This document shows, one piece after another, positions 35,225 through 48,505 of a stretch of 64,000 nt of DNA (within the stretch, counting starts at the first letter, position 1; each line of letters starts with the position of its first letter). The translations under genes and the position numbers were made by a program. A model generated the notes under the pieces. That model saw nothing but the letters and a program-made list of their open reading frames with translations, had not been told where the DNA came from and did no database searches. The stretch is taken from positions 147,312,001 to 147,376,000 of the forward strand of contig OZ024742.1 of the NCBI GenBank assembly GCA_964016885.1. The letters run 5' to 3'. The stretch comes from Eledone cirrhosa (lineage: Eukaryota).

Positions 35225-37070
35225 TTAATTGACTATAGTAGACTGTCTCTCACCCAGATAGGTGACATTAGTGTTGTTAATGTTCAGTACCTATAACCTT
35301 CAGTAGACTGTCTTTCTCACCCAATGATGTGATTTAACATTGTTACTTACAATACCAGGCTCAACTGTGTTAGTTGTGAAATTATCTTGGGATATTCAGT
35401 ATTGCATATTTAAAAGGCAATCAGTAATATAAATTTCATTTTTCTTGAAAAGTAGATTTTCTATCTTATCTCTGTTTAGCCAGAAGATTAGCATTGTCAG
35501 AGTACATGAATCTATGACCCTGTTTAGAGGTGTGTGTGTGTATTTATATACATAGTATTCTCTAGATGTTTAAACATCCTGGTTGTGGTCTTGTAATCAT
35601 GAGATTTCGAATTCAGTTCTCGGACTGGGTGATGCATGGTGTCATTGAGCAAGACACTTTATTTTATGTTGCTCCATTATATTCAGCTGTAGAAATGAGT
35701 TGCGACGTCACTGGTGACGAGTTGTATCGCTCATTACCTTTCCCTTGGACAACATCGGTGGCATGGAGAGGGAAGGCTGGTATGCATGGGCGACTGCTGG
35801 TCTTGCATGAACAGCCTTGCCCAAACTTGGGGTGGGGGGACTTTCTAGAAAAAATAAATATCAAAATAAATATAACTTCGTTAAAATTAAGAAAAAAGTT
35901 GAATTCATATAATATAATAATTTTCCAGTTTCTGTAATGACCCTTTAAAACAACTATAAACATCTTATAAAATCTGTAGAAATTATAAAGTGACCTCTTT
36001 GTACAATTAAATAATAATGAGTGGGCATAAAGTAGGATTGAACAAATTACAATATGGTAAATGAAGTACTACAGAACTTTTCTGATAGTCCTCCTACATC
36101 TCCAAACGTAGGCCATCAGAAGAAGTACCTTCTTGAAACAGAACATAAAGGTGCATTGGCGGTAAAACTATGTATCTATACGGCCAAATGAACATTTAAC
36201 AATAATTACCACTCAGTCCTTATATATAGTTCTGCATATTAAATGATCTTCATGTAGACAACAGTGGAGCGCCAATAAACCTGTAAATAATTCCATGTAT
36301 ATGATAATTTGCTATGCTTCTTACCACTGTTGAATTACCTAATATTAGGTCTGAAGTAGTTTGCTTCAGGTGTGTTCTCACTGTAGAGTTTATTTAAGTC
36401 TTTAGGGAGTTTGGGAATATTGAATATTTGTATTGACCCAGACTTGCAGCACATGTCACAGTTAGGATTGTTCGGTGAACCACTTGTGCACTCTCCAAAG
36501 AACATCATAGCACCACAGTGACAGCAACAGGATTCCATCAGACGGCAGTTGTGTCAGAAAACCTTTACATTGACTTGTTGCTGTGTATCCAAATCATAAC
36601 ATCATACAAAGTTTTGCGCCTTTCTTTGATAATTTTGATGAAGTCTTCGATGCTGAGCTGTCTTGGTCCAAAATTGTTGCCATTGTTCCTGGGAAAGTTG
36701 TCTTCTTGCAATTTGTTGCTGCTCAGCATCCTAAGCAACAATATGCTCTCTTCTTTCTCATGACAGCTTTTGCTTCATTTTGCGATGTTGTTCCACATTC
36801 TGAGCAAGAATCTGTTCTCTTCTTTGTTGTGGCGGCTCTTGCCTTGCTGTGCGATATTGATCTGCATTCTGGGTGTGAATAAGATCTTTTTTGTGGCATG
36901 TTTTGACAAAGCTATCTGCACCTTGCAGAGTTTGATTGTCGAATAGCCTGTGCTTCTTCTTGACTGAGTCTAACTCTTCTCCTCCACTGCCGTTGTCTTG
37001 CAGCTTCTCATCAAGCTTGAACTGAGAAAAAATATTCCACAAAATAATATGTTGTATTAAAATCTGTTAC

Positions 37071-37166
37071 ATTTATCTTTAAAGCTTGTAACCTTGATAC
37101 TGATTTATCTTTAAAGCTTGTAACCTTGATACTGATTTATCTTTAAAGCTTGTAACCTTGATACTG
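37071..37166. repeat. Three exact copies of a 32-bp unit ATTTATCTTTAAAGCTTGTAACCTTGATACTG
   Basis: Read directly at 37071, 37103 and 37135. Confidence 0.95.
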
Positions 37167-37407
37167 CAACTTTAAAAGAAAACCTAAATATTTTGAATAT
37201 AGATTATATAGTCCATGGTTGTTACATAATCGGCTCAGCAATGCTTCTGTTGCCTATGACAAAACTTTTCACAGAGAGGAGCTCTGCCTTGAGAGAGGGA
37301 GGGAATATATATAAAATATATATATATAAAATAAAGGAAGTGTGGTAAGGAACCAAATAGACCATAACGCACCAGGGTACTCAATACTTAGGGTAGTAGA
37401 GTGGGTA

Positions 37408-37539
37408 ATAGGAAAATGTTCAAGACCCCGACGCCAGAGCTCTAGCCGTTTCGACGGCTATTTCTGGATTGCTATTGGTCCAGAAATAGCCGTCGAAACA
37501 GCTTGAGCTCTGCCGTCGGGGTCTTGAATATTTTCCTAT
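37408..37539. repeat. 61-bp-arm palindrome with nested hairpins
   Basis: Arms 37408-468 and 37479-539 differ at 4 positions; loop TTGCTATTGG. Confidence 0.95.
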
Positions 37540-38589
37540 ATATATATATATATATATATATATGGTTTGACTTGTGGCTGTTGCTACAGGAATATAACCA
37601 AGTTTTTATTAAAAAGGTGGGAATTTTAAGTGCATAGCTGTCAAGATCAATACTCACACTTGTTGAAAAAACATGTTATGGGTGTGTGTGTGAGTTATCA
37701 TGTTGATTTTTTATCACCTTTCTCTGTTCTCGAATATTCTTGAAACAAATTTTCCTCTCTCTATATAGATTGTGTGATGGATGGACAGACAGTGCTCTTA
37801 TAGTATAGATTTCAGAGATAACAGTTTTATTAAATTATGAATTCCATTGATGTATCTATGTTCTAAAAATATTGCAAATGTAGCTTCAGTTGCATCAATT
37901 AATGTCTAAGTAAATAGTTAGAAGTGTAAGTTGTGCCTCATTTATTTTCATCTTGTCACCTGTAATGATATAACTATTTAGCTTAATCACTGGTTTAATC
38001 CACCTCACTATAAAACAGGTACCATGCAGAGGCACAGTATGTTGATGTAAACATCATATTATATTACTGGTATTATATTACTTGGACTCATCAAGGAGTT
38101 AGAGCAGTAATGGCACACTGTGCTTCATTTATTTTAGTATCTTGTCATCATATATTGAGTCAAGCTGATTCTGTGGAATACTCAACCACTTACATGTTAA
38201 TTTATCAGTTGGACATTCAGTTGATATAATAACTGAATGCTTATCATTGAGATTGCTGGAGGATCTATTATGTGCCACAGAAACATAAAAGCTTAAAGAG
38301 GATTGAAAGATAGACCGATTATAATGTATGTAGAATATGGAAGATTATTGGCCAAATATCCAAGTACTTACTATCACATGGTTTATCATAACAGTTTACA
38401 TATGAAATTGGAAAAGTGTTCTTTTCCTGATTCTTGTCCATATGGTGTCACAATTTTATATAAAATAAGTCAGGGTTTTGTTCTTTTATTTTCCTACTTG
38501 GCCTACTTAGTGTTGTAATCTATTTTAAAAGATTTAATCAGGCTAACAGAGAAAAGAGATTTTGTGTGTAGCAAATGCTCAGGGATTGT

Positions 38590-38965
38590 TGTCAGTAAAA
38601 GCACCAGTGAAATAAACTCTTTCCAATCCAATGAGGGCTCTTTACAGGTGGTTGATAGCTTGTGTTATCTAGGAAACCAAATACCATAGTAATTGGCATG
38701 GAAAAATATTGAGAAAAACTGAGCATAGGAATCAGATGTAGTGTACAATAGAGAAGATTATATTGGTAAGGATACAATGTATATTGATGAGGATTATTTG
38801 ATGAAGAAGTGCTAAGTGATCCCAGTAAAAAGAAGCCGTAGAAGACTTAGGAAAACCTGGGCAGAGGTCATAAGAGCTGAGTCTCACAGAGATGTTGATG
38901 CAGAAACACAAGTGGAGGAAAGCTGTGCAAGCATGGAAAAGCAGGCATAAAAATGATGATGATGA
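38590..38965 (+). mobile_element. Degenerate RTE 3' fragment
   Basis: VVDSLCYLG, RRLYW.G and RKTWAEVIR motifs; (GAT)n tail. Confidence 0.7.
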
Positions 38966-39794
38966 TTTTCTGTCATTAGACTGTGGACATAGAGGGACAC
39001 TGCCTTCAAGGTGTTTAGATGCTCATATTGACCCCAGTACTTATTTAAGTCTGGTATTTGATTTGTTGAACTGTTAAGTTGAGGTGAGAAGGAATGTTTC
39101 ACATTTTGGTATGGCTGCATCAGCTGGATGTCCTTAATGCCAACCATTTCATAGTGTATTTGCTGCATAGAGTGTGTTTGGCATTGTATCTACAGCTGGA
39201 TGCCCTTCTCAATGCCACTGGGGGGGATGTTATCATGGTGCCGGTACTAGGGACGTTATCATATTCTTGACTTAGTTGAATAATTTTCTCAGCCCCTTTT
39301 GTCATGGTTTCTATTATTGAATGCCCTTCTTAATGCCAGGTGTTTTTCAGGGTATACTGGGTGTATTTATATACACACTAATACATTTCTGAGTTAACAT
39401 TAAAATTAACCAAATTTATACCTCATTAAGAAATTGTTTTGGATGGTTCCTGTTTTCACCATTGTCTTTTTCATGCTGCAAAGAAAAAGGAACAAAAAAT
39501 ATCTCTATACTCTAGCAAATGAAGGGACCTCTGCTAAAAATTGCAGATAGTCTCCTTCAAATCACACCCTACTTTCTTGAGAAAGGAAGACATATTGAAT
39601 AAGTTAATTTCAATAAGTACCTATCTGCCCAACATTTCTAAAAATAAATCATTTGTTTACATTCTGGTTGACTGATAGGATTTAAAATAACATAAAATTT
39701 CGTCAGCCTCTCTTTGCCCAATTTGTTAGACTATTTTCATTGTCAAAAAATATGTGCTGAAACTTCAAACTTTAAGTTTATATATATATATAAT

Positions 39795-40048
39795 CATCAT
39801 CATTTTCATTTTACGTCCGCTTTTCCCTGCTTGCAAGGGTGGGACGGGAACTGATTCTGGCTTGATTTCTACAGCTGGATGCCCTTCCTAACCAGTCCCT
39901 ATCATCTCATTTCTACAGCTGAGTAAACTGGAGCAATGTGAAATAAAGTGTCTTGCTCAAGGAAACAACACATCACCCGGTCTGAGAATTGAACTCACAA
40001 CCTTTCGATTGCAAGGCCAATGCTCTAACCACTAAGCCATGTGCCTCC
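39795..40048 (-). mobile_element. SINE family A with internal deletion
   Basis: Reverse complement of 541-930, lacking the ~80-bp structured module. Confidence 0.92.
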
Positions 40049-40056
40049 ATATATAT

Positions 40057-40384
40057 ATGGCTTAGTGGTTAGAGCACTGGCCTTGCAATCGAAAGGTTGT
40101 GAGTTCAATTCTCAGACCGGGTGATGTGTTGTTTCCTTGAGCAAGACACTTTATTTCACATTGCTCCAGTTTACTCAGCTGTAGAAATGAGATGATAGGG
40201 ACTGGTGTCCATATCATTCCACTGTAAAGTGGTCGTGGAGGTCCCACAAAAATGAAAAGCACCCACCACTCACTGTAAATGAGGTTGGTGTTAGGAAGGG
40301 CATCCAGCTGTAGAAATCAAGCCAGAATCAGTTCCTGTCCCACCCTTGCAAGCAGGGAAAAGCGGATGTAAAATGGTGATGATA
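40057..40384 (+). mobile_element. SINE family A, head-to-head with 39795-40048
   Basis: ATGGCTTAGTGG...GCGGATGTAAAATGGTGATGAT. Confidence 0.92.
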
Positions 40385-41309
40385 AGTCTGCTTGATCAGA
40401 TTATTTGACTTGGGTCTAGTCAATAAAACCCTTTAAATGTTTTGAAAAAATACCATCTTAACCTTTATTATATCAGACTGCTTTCTCATTACTAAGTTAG
40501 TTTTTAGAATTTAGCTTAATAAATGTTCTTACATAAAATTACAATGGAAGATTTTTTTTAGTAAATATAAACATTTTCAAACAAATAGGTTTGTATCATA
40601 GAATCAGTGGGGTTTGGTATTAAAAGAATTAAGCTGGTGTTTGAAATATAAATTAAATGTTCTTACATAGATATATGATGGAAGGTTTTTTAAATAAATA
40701 TAAATATATTTCTGTCTTGTTAATCTAACTTCCTCTTCAATTAACTTTATTCTTTCATCCTTCCAAGAACAATATGGGTACCAGTTATACACTGTGGTTG
40801 ATTCAGTTGACTTTCCCTATAGTATTAGTCATTGTGTTTGGGTAAATGAATTCACCTTTGAAAATGTGTCAATATCATCATCATCGTTTTAACAGCGATG
40901 TGACTATTTGAGGCAATATTTAACAACAGGATGTCTTTCCTGGCATTAACACTTTCAGTTGCTTCTTACAGCGTGCAGAGATATGGCGTGCCTACTCTAA
41001 ACTGGATATACAAAAGAAGAAATTATTTCTATGTAATTCAATATTAGCTAACATGTTTTGTGTGTTGATGTGTCTGTGTGTGCTTATGTTTGTATGTCCT
41101 CGGTTAAAAACTAATATATAGAAGTGTTTATCTGCAGTAGTGACAGTGTTTGTATAGTTACGTTTTACTATATATATTATTAATAAATAATTTGGTTTGT
41201 CAGTGGATTTAGAAGAGATTATTTACTAACAACTACAGAATATTCAGCCTGGCTTATCTCTGTCTGCTTGTCTTATATATATATATATATACACATGAAA
41301 AATAACAAA

Positions 41310-41495
41310 GGTATGGACCTCTGTCAGTTTTGACGATGAGTGTGCCAGTTGTTCAATCAACAGAGGAGCCTGCTCATGAAATTACTGTATAAGTAACTGA
41401 GCATTTCACAGACACGTGTACCCATCATGTAATTCTTTGGGAGATTCAGCATGACAGTGTGTGACATAGCTGGAGACCTTTGAATTACAGGTCCA
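41310..41495 (+). mobile_element. Interspersed repeat (SINE-tail-like); reversed copies ~62380-62530 and ~38160-38230
   Basis: Shared GAGATTCAGCATGACA..GTGTGAC...CCTTTGAATTACAG. Confidence 0.6.
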
Positions 41496-42419
41496 GTACA
41501 TTTAACAGACTTCCAAACAGTTTTCATCTACCCAATTTCATTTCCAAGGCATGAGTTGACCCATGGCTATTGTAAATGTCACTCGCTCAAGATGCCATAC
41601 AGTGCGATTGAACCCAGGACCTAATGATTGTGAAGCAAACATCTTGAACATTCAACCATACTGCGTCCATTAGAAAAATAATAATGAAGAGGTGATGATG
41701 CACTTAATATATATATATATGTTGTTTAATGTGCATTTTCCATGCTAGCACAGGTTAGACTAGCTGTCCCATTGTGAGACAAGCTAGGTTGGATGACTCT
41801 TGCTCATACAGAACTGATTTTGGCTTTGTTTCTACAGCTGGGTGCCCCTCCTAACGTCAACCACATTTACACCATACCCTGCTCACAGTGGAGACAGGGA
41901 GCTTTATGGCACCATTATGAGGAGGGCAGGCCAGTTTGACATGCTTATCCTGCTCAAAGCAGAACCTTAATTTGGGAGCCACACCCACATTTACAATGTA
42001 GAACTGAATGGTGCTGTTATGAGGAGGGACAAGCCAGTTGGCCACACTGTACTCTGCTCACAGTGGAGCTATAGTGTGGAACTGGTTGGCACCGTTATAT
42101 ATATATAATATATAAAGAGATGTTTGTTTGTTTGTTGGTTGGTTGGTGTCTCCATGCATCACACACAAATGAAAACTGACAGCCAAAAAGTAAGTACACC
42201 AATGGAATAAAGGTATACCCAGAAAGGTTTATTGATACTCGTTTTATAAAATCAAAGAAGAGAAGCATCCCGAGTATGTTAACCAACCCGACTGCTATTA
42301 CTAGCAGGTTGGGAGACAACCATAAGGGATTTTCTGTATTGTCGGCGATGCTCATGTTTCGTGGCCAGCATCTTCATGAAATCGAACGCTGGTTTACACA
42401 CATTTATATATTAGAATTA

Positions 42420-43563
42420 TCTATATCTATATATAATTATATAACTATTCTATAAATGAGAATGCATGTGTGTATATGTATATATGTGTATGTCTCTGAA
42501 AGGTGACAAAACTGAATCCTAGAGAAAAACGGTTTTCATTTTCGAAATCTGCATCCCAACAAGAATGTTTTAGGGTTGTTATTTATCAAGAAATGTAATT
42601 GTTACAATATATAAATCAACTTCAAATCACCAATATAGAATATCATTAGAATCTACAACTGTCAGAATACCTCTCTATATATATCAATCTCTCTCTGTAT
42701 TTTATGCTTTTCTCCTCTGTATATATCTTTACCACACTCTCACTCTCTTTCTATATCTTCTATGGTGGTGGTGGTGGTGGTGATGGTGATAGTGGTGGTA
42801 GGAGGAAGAGGAGATTTTAGACAAACTCTCCCAGTCATTCCAAAAGGCAATAAGATTGATCAAATCCGAGACTGTTTGAAAAAAGATTGACACTTTCAAC
42901 TTCTATCAAACTTTTGAAGTTCACTATAAACATGAGAGCATATTTTGGTAAAGACAAATAATCAGAGCAGTTCGCCTAGAATCTATTTATGCTTGGGGAT
43001 GGATGACATCCTGTCAATAGAAATGGACTATTAATATAATTCCCATAGGCACGATGGTGGAATCATTATTCCATCTCATAGAAAAAGTGTTCCCTAATCT
43101 TGAATATCAGTTTGCAAGTCACAAATGGCTCAATGAAAGAGGGCTGTATTAGCCCCGAAAAATCTGATTGTGAAATTGGTAAATCAAGAGCTATTAAAAA
43201 GAATGCCAAAGGTTTTGAAGCTCTATCGATCTGTCAACACTGGTGGAACAGTTGGAAGCTGTCAATTACCTGACAACTCTTTAGAACCACTAGGAATGCC
43301 TCCATATGTCCTTCACCTTAAAGAAGTAGCACCCTTCATGTTATTGAGGTATTTGAACCCACCAAGGCTATGCAATAGCACTCGATTGGTTGTGAAAAAT
43401 ATATAAATGAAGAATCTGGTGTATCTGGAAGATTTTTTACTGTTTTAGTTTCGTCACACACACACCACGGTCTTGCCTTATACTGTAAACCAGACAACGC
43501 ATCTAATACAGTTGTCTTCTCTTATCATCTGTTTACCCAGGTGAAGCTGGGTACCTCAGCTAG
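42420..43563 (+). mobile_element. Internally deleted Helitron with Pif1-like helicase remnant
   Basis: A|TC 5' end; 3' hairpin TACCCAG-GTGAAG-CTGGGTA, then CTAG|T; EKVFPNL..WL.ER..LAPKN and NSLEP.GMPP..L.LK..AP.MLLR.LNPP.LCN.TRL.V helicase motifs. Confidence 0.92.
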
Positions 43564-43599
43564 TATATATATAAATGCAAATATACAGTACACATCATT

Positions 43600-43933
43600 T
43601 CATCATCATCATTTCATTTTACGTCTGCTTTTTCCCTGCTTGCAAGGGTGGGACGGGAACTGATTCTGGCTTGATTTCTACAGCTGGATGCCCTTCCTAA
43701 CACCAACCTCATTTACAGTGAGTGCTGGGTGCTTTTTTGCCGTGGCACCTCTATGACCACTTTGCAGTGGAATGATATGAACCCCAGTCCCTATCATCTC
43801 ATTTCTACAGCTGAGTAAACTGGAGCAATGTGAAATAAAGTATCTTGCTCAAGGAAACAACACAACGTATCGATTGAACTCACAACGTATCGATTGCAAG
43901 GCCAATGCTCTAACCACTAAGCCATGTGCCTCC
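43600..43933 (-). mobile_element. SINE family A
   Basis: Reverse complement of 541-930; the B-box region carries a small duplication (ACAACGTATCGATTG twice). Confidence 0.92.
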
Positions 43934-44239
43934 ATATGATTGTGAAATTGGTAAATCAAGAGCTATTAAAAAGAATTCCAAAGTTTTTGAAGCTCTATCA
44001 ATGAAAATAAATTAGTTAATGCAAAATAAATTAAAATCTTTTTAAAAAGATAGTTATCTCATTGATTCTTGTACTGACTGGTTTCAGTTTTTTAGAGTAT
44101 CATTTTCACAGTTACATTTGTTCTAGTGTTTATTTTTGAACACGTCTCATTATATACTGCTTACCTCCTTTCTGTGAGAAGGGATGCAACTGGTTATATC
44201 TTTGCTGTTGCGTTGTCATAATAAGGGTTTCAATATAAA

Positions 44240-44760
44240 CGAGATTCAGTTTTATATGTTAGCTGAAGCACGAATATAATTTTGGTTTGTATTTGGTAAT
44301 AAAATACATTTCTTTACTGATATGTTGTTCTCCTTTGTCAGCTTCTTTTATAATATTTCCCTCCAATATAAGATAGGTTAGATGGTTCCATTGTTGTCTG
44401 GTGCAAGTTAGATTTTGTCTCATTTCCAATTTGTCAATTGGAAAGTCTGAGATGTATTCATGTAAATCATCAAAGGCTGAAGAATTCTTGCCATTTGGAG
44501 GTTGATATTCGTTTTTGTGTTTAATGACTATCATTGTTTTCTTCTTCAAAGAATTGTCCCACTAGTTTAAGACTTCTGCAGAAGCCTGAAATATATTCAA
44601 ATTCTGGTATATTTGGTTTTTGAGGAGTTGGTGTCAATTTCAGTCCTTTACTTAAAATACCTATTTATATGGGTGTGAACAATTTTTATGATAGATTGAT
44701 TGTTTCTGTTTTTATGACTGTAGTCCATAATGTGTCACTATGTCTCTGTCTAAAAAAATT
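44240..44760 (-). mobile_element. Penelope-like element, N-terminal ORF remnant
   Basis: INLS, ILSKGLK and IIKEADKG motifs, typical of the region before the PLE RT domain. Confidence 0.7.
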
Positions 44761-45069
44761 ATCTTTTAGAATGGGTTTTCTGTTTTATTCCTGTTTGTTG
44801 TTATTTTTGTAGTTTTTATGTATTTCTATACTGTATATATTTCCCCATATATGTATGTGTGTGTAATCCATTAGTTTTGGTCTAAAACAATAGTAAGCAA
44901 CAATATAGTTTGGTTTGTATGTAGTCAAGTTAAAAGGAAAGCATGTCAAATGACTTTGACTCCTGGTGACTCTTGTAATTTATTTTATATGGTATGGAAA
45001 TGGTTTTTCTTTGAAAAAGTATCTGACATTAGGCTGTGAATAAAAATTAAAATATGTACTTAGTGGGGT

Positions 45070-45835
45070 TCAGTTGCTAATCTCCTTCAAAGTAGGCTTT
45101 TTGTGTCTTCACATACTTAGCTTAGCTTTCACTGTTTGAAGTACACCTAGAATGCTTCTTCCGGAATGACTTTCAGTGCCACCATCATACTCTGCATGAT
45201 GTCTCCTCTGCCCTAAAATAAGTCAGAAGGAGCCATTTCTGGAGAGTAAGGAGCCTGGCAAATAAGTGAAATGCCTTTTTTGTCAAGAAACTTTGAATCA
45301 GCTGTGACAAATGAGCTGGTGCATTGTCATGATGCAGCTGCCAATTTTGCAAAACTCACAGATTGCGTCTTTTGTGCCAAACTGTATCATAAAGATTTTG
45401 GATCACTTCCTGATAGTACTCCTTTGTAACTGTTAGTCCTTCTGGTGCATATTTGGAATGCATAATTGCATGGCACCACTTTAATTTTGCTCTGCACCTG
45501 ACATGTATTTTGGGCTCTAGTGATGTTGGATGCTTCCATTGTGATGACAACATTGGTTTCTGAGTTGTACCTGTACACCTTGGATTCTCCCCAGTTATTA
45601 CGTTATTAAGGAAATCAGGGTCCTTGTTGATAGTATTAGGCAAATTGAAAATGCAACAAATAAGTATTACAGTACCTCACATGCTAGCTGGCTGACAGCG
45701 ACTGATGCATCCAGTGGGCTTACCAAGAACCATGCATGTGCATGATTATATGTGACTCCACTCTGCACATGTTTGTCTCCCTAATGTCATTACTTCCCAC
45801 AGGAAAAGATAAAGTCATATAATTTAACAGGTCTT
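45070..45835 (-). mobile_element. mariner transposase relic
   Basis: DPDFLNNVITG(D)E, SSQWKHPTS, PEG.TVTKEYY.EV and WQLHHDNAPAH motifs, frameshifted. Confidence 0.9.
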
Positions 45836-46741
45836 GTGTATACAATAGCTCTATAGTTAGAGAGATGTACAATGGATCTGTAAAAACACTTTAATTTGTT
45901 CAGTTGTAATGTGATATTTGTTGTGATTTTATATTGCTCTTGTTTCCTGGTATATAATAGAACTTTTCTATATAATTATAGAAAAGTTTCCTGGTATATA
46001 ATAGAACTTTTATATTTCTATATAATTATTACCATTGACATTAATAACTATTTATTTAATCGTATTTACTTTCTTTTTCCTTATTTTATTTAGATTTTGT
46101 TTGTATTTCAAATTAGACAATGGTAACTTTTTCTCTTAATAAATTCATGTAAAAAAACTAAATCACTTCTTAAATAAATCATTGTTGTTTACTTAATTGT
46201 CATTATCTATTTAAATGATAATTCTTGTTAACTCTTCCATGTCAGTTTTATTTCTTTTTTTAGGATTTGATGTCCCCTTCATCTCTAAAATCTATGGTAT
46301 ATCTCAGACTTTTCTTGTCATCTCTTTTGTTAAATACCCCACCCCCAATACAAAAATTAGTTTACCTGAATGTCAGCACATCACAGTTATATTGTCCACA
46401 CATGTATCTATAAACTTCACATCACATTTACATTGTGTCACACATCATCATCATCAATATTTTACATCCACTTTTCTATGTTTGCATGTATCTATAATTT
46501 TGTGTCACAGTTATTGTGTCACACATGTACCTATAACTTTACATCATTACCTATATGAGAACCTACCTCCCTTTCAGCACCAGTTATATTAGAATATTAA
46601 CACAAATCTGTCATTAATGCACATATTACAGCTAATATAGGTGCAACAGGAATATACACACAGTTTAGTTGTATAGTGCCTGACTAACTAGATGACTGAA
46701 ACAGCTAAATTGTTGGTTGGCTGACCAATTTGATGGCTTAA

Positions 46742-46955
46742 CCTTTTAACATTTACTTTACTCTATATATATATATATTATTGTATTTTTGCAGTAAAGG
46801 CTTTATCTCACATAATGTCGAATCTATGAGATTTTGATATTATTGATTTTGCGAACAATAGCTTAACATCAGTATGAGTGACTAGTTACGACCAGTTTGA
46901 ACAGAAAGAGGTGAGAGAGTTCTGACCAGATGCAGCTGGTTTAAATGTTAAAGGG
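46742..46955 (+). mobile_element. piggyBac-type MITE P1
   Basis: TTAA on both flanks; TIR CC.TTTAACATTTA. Confidence 0.88.
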
Positions 46956-47534
46956 TTAAACAGCCAAATTGTTGGTATCGGACAACTTGGATGGCTTAAA
47001 TAGTTAGATCTGACTGCCATAAAGTAACAATTTGTTCAATCTGACCATCCAATTGTGGTAATATTTTAAATAGGGAGAAAACCTCATCAGATTCCTCCAA
47101 ACATCACACATCTTAGTAACATCACTGAAACATTGCTTTCATAAGAATTATCATTATGACTGCTAATGGTCTAACCCTTTCATCACCATATTTCTAATGA
47201 AAGACACTGCCTATAATTTTTAAGTAATTTTGAAAATAATCTGCAATTTGGAGGAATTTAGTAATATAAGTAACCTTTTCATTATTAAGTTGATGTTTGG
47301 AACGTAACTTATCAAAATGTTCTTACATAAAATTATAATAGGTTTTTAGATAAATATGAATATTTTAACCCTTACATGAACATATTTTTCATTAAAGACA
47401 CTAACTATAATTCTTTTTGTCATTTTGGAAATAATCAACAATTTGGAAGGATTTAGTAATATAACTTTCTTCTCATTCAGCTGGCATTCGGAACATAACT
47501 TAAAAAAGTTCTTACATAAAATTATGATGGAAGG

Positions 47535-47865
47535 TTCTTCTTCTCCTCCCCCTTCTTCTTCACCCACTTATTCCTGGGAGGAATGTGTAGGAAAAATCTG
47601 CAAGAATGTCTTCCAGCAAGTCCTGTTAGAAGCAGCTATCTCCAATTGATCCAGCTGGATCCCAAGCAAGACCAGCTGAGCTCATGGATGTTATCCAACC
47701 ATCTTGCTTGGTGTCTACTTCTGGGTCTACTGTTGGTTGGTTTTGCCTGTAAAATCTGCCCAGCGATTCTTTACTGAGACATTCTAACCATGTGTCCGAA
47801 GTATTGGAGCTATGATCTCTCAATTTGGAGAGACTTTATCGAGTAACATTACTCCAAAGACCCTG
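47535..47865 (-). mobile_element. RTE fragment inserted into a P2 MITE
   Basis: Homologous to 22715-23170; flanked by TGATGGAAG direct repeats; (TTC)-rich tail. Confidence 0.8.
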
Positions 47866-48190
47866 ATGGAAGATTTAAATTTGAATATGAACACTTTAAA
47901 ATAAAGAGCTTTGTATCATAAAGACAGGAGTGGTTTCAAGCAATTTGGTATTAGGTTTTAATACCAAACTGTCTACCATCCTTAGTTCTATGGTTTTAGC
48001 AGATTTCTATTTATCTAAAAAAATAATTTTCCATCATATAAGAACCTTTATGTTCCAAACATCAACTTAATAATGAAAAGGTTAGTTATATTACTAAATC
48101 TCTTCAAATTCTTGATTATTTTCAAAATTATTTCAAAGTCGTAGATAGTATTTATCTTTCATTAGAAATATGGTAACAAAACGGGTAATA

Positions 48191-48273
48191 CAGTTGTCTC
48201 CAGGTATTCATAAGGGTTATGTTCTAATAAAAATTCCGCAAATAACCAGGACTGCGAATGCCGGGGTGCACTG
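48191..48273. mobile_element. Small Tc1/pogo-type MITE
   Basis: TA-CAGT..CC.GGTATTC ... GAATGCCGGGGTGCACTG-TA. Confidence 0.6.
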
Positions 48274-48414
48274 TAGATCAGAGTAAGAAGGGGATATAAA
48301 TTGAGCTTATGGAATGGAAATATTTTCATACTGTAGTTTGTTTCTAATATTCCATTCTTAAATATTGAAGCTTGCTTTAATTCACAAATATATTTTTTTA
48401 GAAAACCACTTCTT

Positions 48415-48505
48415 CACATTTTTTGTTGTTATAATTTTTGTTGTTATAATTTTTGTTGTTATAATTTTTGTTGTTATATTTTTCGTTGTTATATTTTTCG
48501 TTGTA
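48415..48505. repeat. Short tandem repeat (TTGTTGTTATAATTT)n
   Basis: About 6 visible copies of a 14-15-bp unit. Confidence 0.9.

Larger units (their letters stand above)
35900..37540 (-). mobile_element. Defective Helitron: N-terminal RepHel region plus terminal palindrome
   Basis: ORF 36335-36538 C.HCGA..F.GE....CC.SG.I....P..L..L.....F..NIR is the zinc-binding motif that precedes Helitron Rep; basic repetitive N-terminus at 36560-37040. Boundaries uncertain. Confidence 0.8.

Noticed and set aside
42095-42305. Possible small non-autonomous Helitron ((TA)n start, (TTTG)n, CTAG at ~42301)
   Set aside because: No clear 5' TC or subterminal hairpin, and CTAG is not followed by T.
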